A DNA stretch of 64,000 nucleotides from an uncultured Peptococcaceae bacterium (GTDB lineage Bacteria > Bacillota > Desulfotomaculia > Desulfotomaculales > Desulforudaceae). The position numbers were made by a program, and so were the translations under genes. The notes below the pieces were generated by a model that did no database searches, was not told the origin of the DNA, and saw nothing but the letters and a program-made list of their open reading frames with translations. Below are positions 59,343 to 64,000 of the stretch, piece after piece. The stretch lies in the NCBI GenBank assembly GCA_965544035.1, contig CBEULR010000006.1, forward strand, positions 60,440 through 124,439, in the 5' to 3' direction. Within the stretch, counting starts at the first letter, position 1; each line of letters opens with the position of its first letter.

Positions 59343-62114
59343 TTAGGATTGGTCTTCGGTTGTTCCAGGTTTGGCGAACCGGGGCAAAAAATTGGACACT
59401 CGTGCCGTCACATCCGACAGGGACGCCACCTCCCACCGTATGGGCAGTGAGCGCAGAAAATGAACGCCGTAACGTTTGGTCGTTACCCGCTCGTCAAGCA
59501 CCACAACCACCCCGCGGTCGGAAGCCGTGCGGATCAATCGGCCGAACCCCTGCTTAAAGCGCAGTACGGCCTGAGGAAGCGACAACAGTTTAAAGTCGCT
59601 CTTACCCTGGCTTTTAAGCAATTCGCGACGGGCGAGGGTAACCGGGTGGTTTGGCGGCTGAAAGGGCAGTTTGACGATAATCAGACAGCTTAAGGCTTCG
59701 CCGGGGATATCAATTCCCTCCCAGAATGAAAACGCCCCGAAAAGGACCGTTCTTTCACCCGTACGGAACGACTCCAACAGTCGGGCACGTCCGCCGTCGA
59801 TCCCATGGCCCAGAAGATCGATCTGCATCTCCTCAAAAACCGGCTTCAAACGCCAGTACACCAGCTTGAGCGTTCGGTGGGCGGTAAAAAGAACCAACGT
59901 CCGGCCTCCGGCCGCCACCGCCAGATCTTCGATCGCCCGGCAGAGTCCGGCCAGATACGCTTCTTCCGTATCGTTGGCCGGGGAGGGCAGGTCATTCACC
60001 ACAAAAAGCCGTGCCTGCTCTTTGTAGGAAAACGGCGACTCCAGCTGCAGACTCCGTACAACATCCGGTGCCGCCAGGTTAATCCCGGTACTGCGGCTGA
60101 AATAACCAAACGAGCCGTCGACGGTCAGCGTGGCCGAGGTCAGTACCACAGGACGTGAACCATCAAACAAACCGTTGAACAGCAGTTCCCCCACCTCGAT
60201 CGGGGCGGCCTGCAGCCTGCAGTCATCAGGATCCCGGTCGAGTCGTTCCAGCCAGAATACGTAATTGGGATCTTCGGCCGTCAGAATGTAGGTGAGGTCG
60301 TCCAATGCCGCCCGGCCATCCTTAAGCAGCAGTTCAAAGCTCAAGAGCACATCGTCGGCCGTCCCCGGCAGAGTCCGGTCAACAAATTGCCGGTACACCT
60401 GAAGCAGTCGTTCGAGGGCATCCTCGGCGGTTTCCCGCAGATGTTCGATTAAGCCGGCGGCATTAAGCATATCGCTCAAGTTGGCGGCATCGCGGTCCAG
60501 ACGCAGGTGGTTCCCCGCACCTTCGGTCAGCGCCGCGCAAGCCCTCGCCAGAGAACGGAACAGTTCGGCCGATGCCGGTTCAACCTCTTTTCCCGCGCGC
60601 TGCAGAGACTGCGCGTTCTCGGGCATGATCTTATCGATCTTAGCAGCCAGCTTCCGGATTCTCTGGGCCCAGAGCCGGAAATCGCCGCCCGCGACCGAAC
60701 GTCCCAACTGTTTGGTGGCCACATCTTCCAGGTGATGCGCCTCGTCGATGATTAGGGCATCATAGGAGGGGAGTAGCCGGTTCTCCGTTTTCAGGTCAGA
60801 CAGAAGCAGGGAATGGTTGGTGATGATCACATCGGCCTGTTCGGCCGCTCGGCGCGCACGGTTAACGAAACAGGCCGCATAAAACCGGCAGGCGGCCCCG
60901 GCGCAGCTGTCACTGGTGGCCGCCACACTGTCCCATACGCGCCACTCGTCGGGCTTCATACTGAGCTCGGTGCGGTCCCCTGTAGCGGTGGAGTTCATCC
61001 ACACCATTATCCGTGCTATCACCACTGCCTCCGCTTCTTCAAACGCCGTTTCATTAACGGCGGCATACCAGCGGCGGAGACAAAGATAATTGTTTCGGCC
61101 TTTTAACAGACAGACGTGAAACGACGGCAGTCCCTGCCGCAGAACAGGGACATCCTTCTCGATCAGCTGATCCTGCAGGTTCACGGTGTGGGTGGATACC
61201 ACCACCCGTTCCCCCTGCTTTTTCGCCCAGAGCACACTCGGCACCAAATAAGCGAAGGATTTACCCGTACCCGTCCCCGCCTCGACCATTAAGATGCTTC
61301 TATCCTGCAGAGCCCTGTCAACCGCCCGGGCCATCTCCAACTGCTGCGGGCGATACTCATAAGCATCCAGGCACTCAGCAAGTGTGCCCGACGGTCCCAC
61401 GATGTCGTCCACGGCGGGCAGATCGGCGGTGGCCGGTTCAAATGACTGCGGCCAGGGGGGTTCGGGCTGGTCCGGAGAATGCCGGGCACCGATTCTGGTC
61501 GCACCGAACACAGCAGACGACTGCCTGAGCGCATTGTCAAATACAGGAAACCAGAGAGCGGAATGCCGACCCAGCAGCGCGGCCAAATCGGCCAACAGAG
61601 TGGGGTCAAGTGCCGCGGCACGCTCACACAGGGCGATATAGGCCAGGGCCGCGGCCGTTGCGTCTTCCAGAGCCCGGTGTCGGACAGGGTATTCAACGCC
61701 AAGTGCGGCGCATATCGCTTCCAGCCGATAAGACACGAGGTCGGGCAGCACTATCCGCGCCAATTCATAGGTATCATACGTCAAGCGCGGTCTGAACCCG
61801 GCATGGTGGCTGAGAAAGCCAACATCAAAGGCGATGTTGTGGCCGATCAGGGGTGCGTCCCCGATGAAGCTGATCACGGATTCACGCACCGACTCCCAGT
61901 CCGGACATCCGGCAAAATCGGCATCATCCAGGCCGGTCAAACGTTTCACGCGCAGCGAAAGCGGGATGCGGGGCTTTACCAGTGAACTGTAGGTGGATGT
62001 AATACGCCCGTCATCCACCCGTACCAGTCCCACTTCGATAATGCCGTCGGCAGCGGCATCCAGTCCGCTGGTCTCCAGATCACAAGCCACAAAGGACGGT
62101 GGGAATACCATCAA
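59343..62114 (-). CDS. dinG: DinG-family ATP-dependent helicase with N-terminal DnaQ-like 3'-5' exonuclease domain
   Basis: Exo I CDLETSGL, helicase motif I EAGTGTGKS and motif II DEAHHL; 923 aa. Confidence 0.85.
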   Translation of the reverse strand: MMVFPPSFVACDLETSGLDAAADGIIEVGLVRVDDGRITSTYSSLVKPRIPLSLRVKRLTGLDDADFAGCPDWESVRESVISFIGDAPLIGHNIAFDVGFLSHHAGFRPRLTYDTYELARIVLPDLVSYRLEAICAALGVEYPVRHRALEDATAAALAYIALCERAAALDPTLLADLAALLGRHSALWFPVFDNALRQSSAVFGATRIGARHSPDQPEPPWPQSFEPATADLPAVDDIVGPSGTLAECLDAYEYRPQQLEMARAVDRALQDRSILMVEAGTGTGKSFAYLVPSVLWAKKQGERVVVSTHTVNLQDQLIEKDVPVLRQGLPSFHVCLLKGRNNYLCLRRWYAAVNETAFEEAEAVVIARIMVWMNSTATGDRTELSMKPDEWRVWDSVAATSDSCAGAACRFYAACFVNRARRAAEQADVIITNHSLLLSDLKTENRLLPSYDALIIDEAHHLEDVATKQLGRSVAGGDFRLWAQRIRKLAAKIDKIMPENAQSLQRAGKEVEPASAELFRSLARACAALTEGAGNHLRLDRDAANLSDMLNAAGLIEHLRETAEDALERLLQVYRQFVDRTLPGTADDVLLSFELLLKDGRAALDDLTYILTAEDPNYVFWLERLDRDPDDCRLQAAPIEVGELLFNGLFDGSRPVVLTSATLTVDGSFGYFSRSTGINLAAPDVVRSLQLESPFSYKEQARLFVVNDLPSPANDTEEAYLAGLCRAIEDLAVAAGGRTLVLFTAHRTLKLVYWRLKPVFEEMQIDLLGHGIDGGRARLLESFRTGERTVLFGAFSFWEGIDIPGEALSCLIIVKLPFQPPNHPVTLARRELLKSQGKSDFKLLSLPQAVLRFKQGFGRLIRTASDRGVVVVLDERVTTKRYGVHFLRSLPIRWEVASLSDVTARVSNFLPRFAKPGTTEDQS

Positions 62115-62429
62115 TTACGATCCCTTTTTCTCTGTGTTTCTGCCCGCGGCAGACGGGTCCGCTCCCGGCGATGCCGATTCTTTTCTTTTCAACTCGTTGA
62201 CTCTGGCCGTCAACTCCCTGACCTGCATCGACGTCCGCAGTTGGCGAAAAGCTCCCATCACAAAGACGATTATCGCACCGGCGGCCACCGAGACGAGGAT
62301 GACTAAAGAAAGCGGCACTTCATGAATCTCCCAAAACAGAAAGCGGATCCCAACGACAGTTGCGTTCTGCACTGCGAATGCAGCCACAAACAGCGCAAAC
62401 AGCAGTGCTACGATTAGATATAACTGCAT
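62115..62429 (-). CDS. LapA-domain (DUF1049) small membrane protein
   Basis: Two TM segments (FAVQNATVVGIRFLFWE...) plus a C-terminal coiled charged tail. Abuts the dinG start. Confidence 0.6.
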   Translation of the reverse strand: MQLYLIVALLFALFVAAFAVQNATVVGIRFLFWEIHEVPLSLVILVSVAAGAIIVFVMGAFRQLRTSMQVRELTARVNELKRKESASPGADPSAAGRNTEKKGS

Positions 62430-62568
62430 CTTAACTCACCCTGTTCTTGTTTTCGGTCAACATCGGGTAATTCCTTCCGCCTGTTCTCAAACGGAATAAA
62501 AATGATCGCCCGAGGTCAGCTTATTCTTATAAACCGGTACATACAAAACACGGGAGAGGAAGTCATAA

Positions 62569-62964
62569 ATGAAGAAAAAAGGGTCCGGCCGCTTCGGTGA
62601 CAAGGAGCGCCTGGCGGCACTCGAAACCTCGATTTATAACGTATACTGGGTCTGGTCCATGGTTGCCTATATTGTCCTCGGGAATCTGAAAGAAGCATAT
62701 CAACTGATGCAGAACACCGCTCTAAAGATGTCCGAGCAGGAACGCCTGGCACGCAAGTCGGTGATGAAAGTGTTCACCGACATCACCAGAGACCCGTCCA
62801 ACCACTTGGACCTGTTCTTGGAAAGCGCCTACTGCTTTGAGGCCGGTCACGATCCGAGCTTCGGCATGACCAGGAAGCTGCTCAACAGTCTCCGGCGCCG
62901 AAAACTGCTCCCGGTCGAACAATGCGACCAGTGGGAACGCCGATTGGCGGAAAAACCAATCTGA
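62569..62964 (+). CDS. hypothetical protein (131 aa)
   Basis: GGGAGAGGAAG Shine-Dalgarno sequence and one predicted TM segment (YNVYWVWSMVAYIVLG). I recognised no family. Confidence 0.5.
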   Translation: MKKKGSGRFGDKERLAALETSIYNVYWVWSMVAYIVLGNLKEAYQLMQNTALKMSEQERLARKSVMKVFTDITRDPSNHLDLFLESAYCFEAGHDPSFGMTRKLLNSLRRRKLLPVEQCDQWERRLAEKPI

Positions 62965-63017
62965 GGTAGCGGGCACCTGGTATAATGGTCTCAGCCGATC
63001 ACAGCGGAGGTGCGAAT

Positions 63018-63827
63018 ATGTCAGGCTTCAAGCTCGGTGTATGCCAGATCCACATATCCGATGAAAAAGCCGCCAACCTGAAACGGGCACGCGAAATGAT
63101 CCTGCAGGCCGCCGCCTGCGGATGTGTGGTGGCTGTGCTGCCCGAAATGTTCAATTGCCCTTACGACAATGAATACTTTGTAAGGTTCGCCGAAACCGCC
63201 CCCGACGGGGAGACGTTACAGATGCTCTCAACAACCGCCCGGGAAGCGGAGATCACCATTGTCGGCGGATCCATCCCCGAAAAGTCAGGAGATGACCTGT
63301 ACAATACGGCCTTCGTGTTCGGACCGGACGGCACCCTCCTCGGCCGTCAGCGCAAGTTGCACCTGTTCGACGTCGAGCTTGAATCGTTGGTCTTCCGCGA
63401 ATCGGACACTCTCCGCCCGGGTACCGGGCTGAACGTCATCAACACCCCGGTAGGCGTCTTCGGGATCGCCATATGTTTCGATGTCCGTTTCCCCGAAGTG
63501 TTTCGCGCTCTGGTGTTGAAGGGCGCTCAGGTAGTGGTTGTACCCGCCGCCTTCAATACAATTACCGGACCCGCCCATTGGGAACTCCTGCTGCGGGCAC
63601 GGGCGGTCGACAATCAGGTGTATACCGTCGGCGCCTGTGGAGCGCATCATCCTGAGGCCCGCTACGCTTACTATGGTCATTCGCTGGTCGCCGATCCCTG
63701 GTCGACGGTCATCGCCAGACTAAACGAACAGCCCGGACTTCTCGTCGCGGACATCGATCCGGACATCCTGGAGAAGATCCGGGCGGAACTACCCTTGCTC
63801 AAAAGCAGAAGAAATGACCTTGTCTAA
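63018..63827 (+). CDS. carbon-nitrogen hydrolase family protein (omega-amidase/nitrilase-like)
   Basis: E-K-C triad blocks LPEMF, RKLHLFD and AICFDVRFPE. The likely start is ATG 63018 (MSGFKLGVCQ). Confidence 0.8.
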   Translation: MSGFKLGVCQIHISDEKAANLKRAREMILQAAACGCVVAVLPEMFNCPYDNEYFVRFAETAPDGETLQMLSTTAREAEITIVGGSIPEKSGDDLYNTAFVFGPDGTLLGRQRKLHLFDVELESLVFRESDTLRPGTGLNVINTPVGVFGIAICFDVRFPEVFRALVLKGAQVVVVPAAFNTITGPAHWELLLRARAVDNQVYTVGACGAHHPEARYAYYGHSLVADPWSTVIARLNEQPGLLVADIDPDILEKIRAELPLLKSRRNDLV

Positions 63828-63914
63828 TAAAATTCTAGAAAAAATGTATAATCTCAGAATAAGTTGGTTAGAATCCTAATGGACCCAGTAACAACCTAAC
63901 TCCTCTCCCTTTCT

Positions 63915-63942
63915 GCTGTACCATGCGGTACAGCCTTTTTTC
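63915..63942 (+). terminator. intrinsic terminator
   Basis: GCTGTACC-ATGC-GGTACAGC followed by CTTTTTTC. Confidence 0.75.
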
Positions 63943-63954
63943 TGTTCGAGAGGA

Positions 63955-64000
63955 TCACGGTTGGCCGGTGATGTACTTCTCGGCGGCGATGGCCGCCACC
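63955..64000 (-). CDS. 3' end of an unidentified gene (partial)
   Basis: Minus-strand frame ...VAAIAAEKYITGQP* with GC3-rich codons. Only 14 codons lie in the window. Confidence 0.3.
   Translation of the reverse strand, partial: VAAIAAEKYITGQP

Overview
This is a 64-kb chromosomal segment that I infer comes from a GC-rich, endospore-forming anaerobic Firmicute. The inference rests on spoVR/yhbH/prkA, codY, an Flx-Hdr cluster and Bacillus/Clostridium-type synteny. There are about 60 protein genes, nearly all on the minus strand. I saw no rRNA, tRNA or CRISPR. Reading the minus strand from high to low coordinates, the order is as follows. First dinG, then hdrCBA-flxDCBA, where FlxD/MvhD carries an in-frame UGA (selenocysteine) that the ORF track splits. 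Next come murT-gatD and three secreted proteins. Then prkA-yhbH and spoVR, separated by pckA, an MFS gene and a CheW-like gene. Dispersed NHEJ genes follow (ku, an ATP-dependent ligase, a LigD-type polymerase). After that is the conserved block dprA-topA-trmFO-xerC-hslVU-codY / rpsB-tsf-pyrH-frr-uppS-cdsA-(AI-2E permease)-dxr-rseP-ispG-proS. The window ends with an NfeD-SPFH pair, moaA behind a Moco riboswitch, ribD-ribE-ribBA-ribH, and on the plus strand rpmB and an activase-type ATPase pair. The signal that genes do not explain is non-coding. Two interrelated repeat families fill the larger intergenic spacers. Family (i) is 260-400 bp foldback, MITE-like elements that share a ~40-nt terminus, TGTGTCATCCGGGTTTACCTCCGGGCGACTCGTGCGATT. 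Family (ii) is palindromic arrays of degenerate heptamers, (AGTCAGG)n...(CCTGACT)n. The two families are nested in each other and sit inside operons (rib, hdr-flx). One copy is flanked by a 6-bp direct duplication. I did not find a convincing novel protein-based system; most of the window is core housekeeping.
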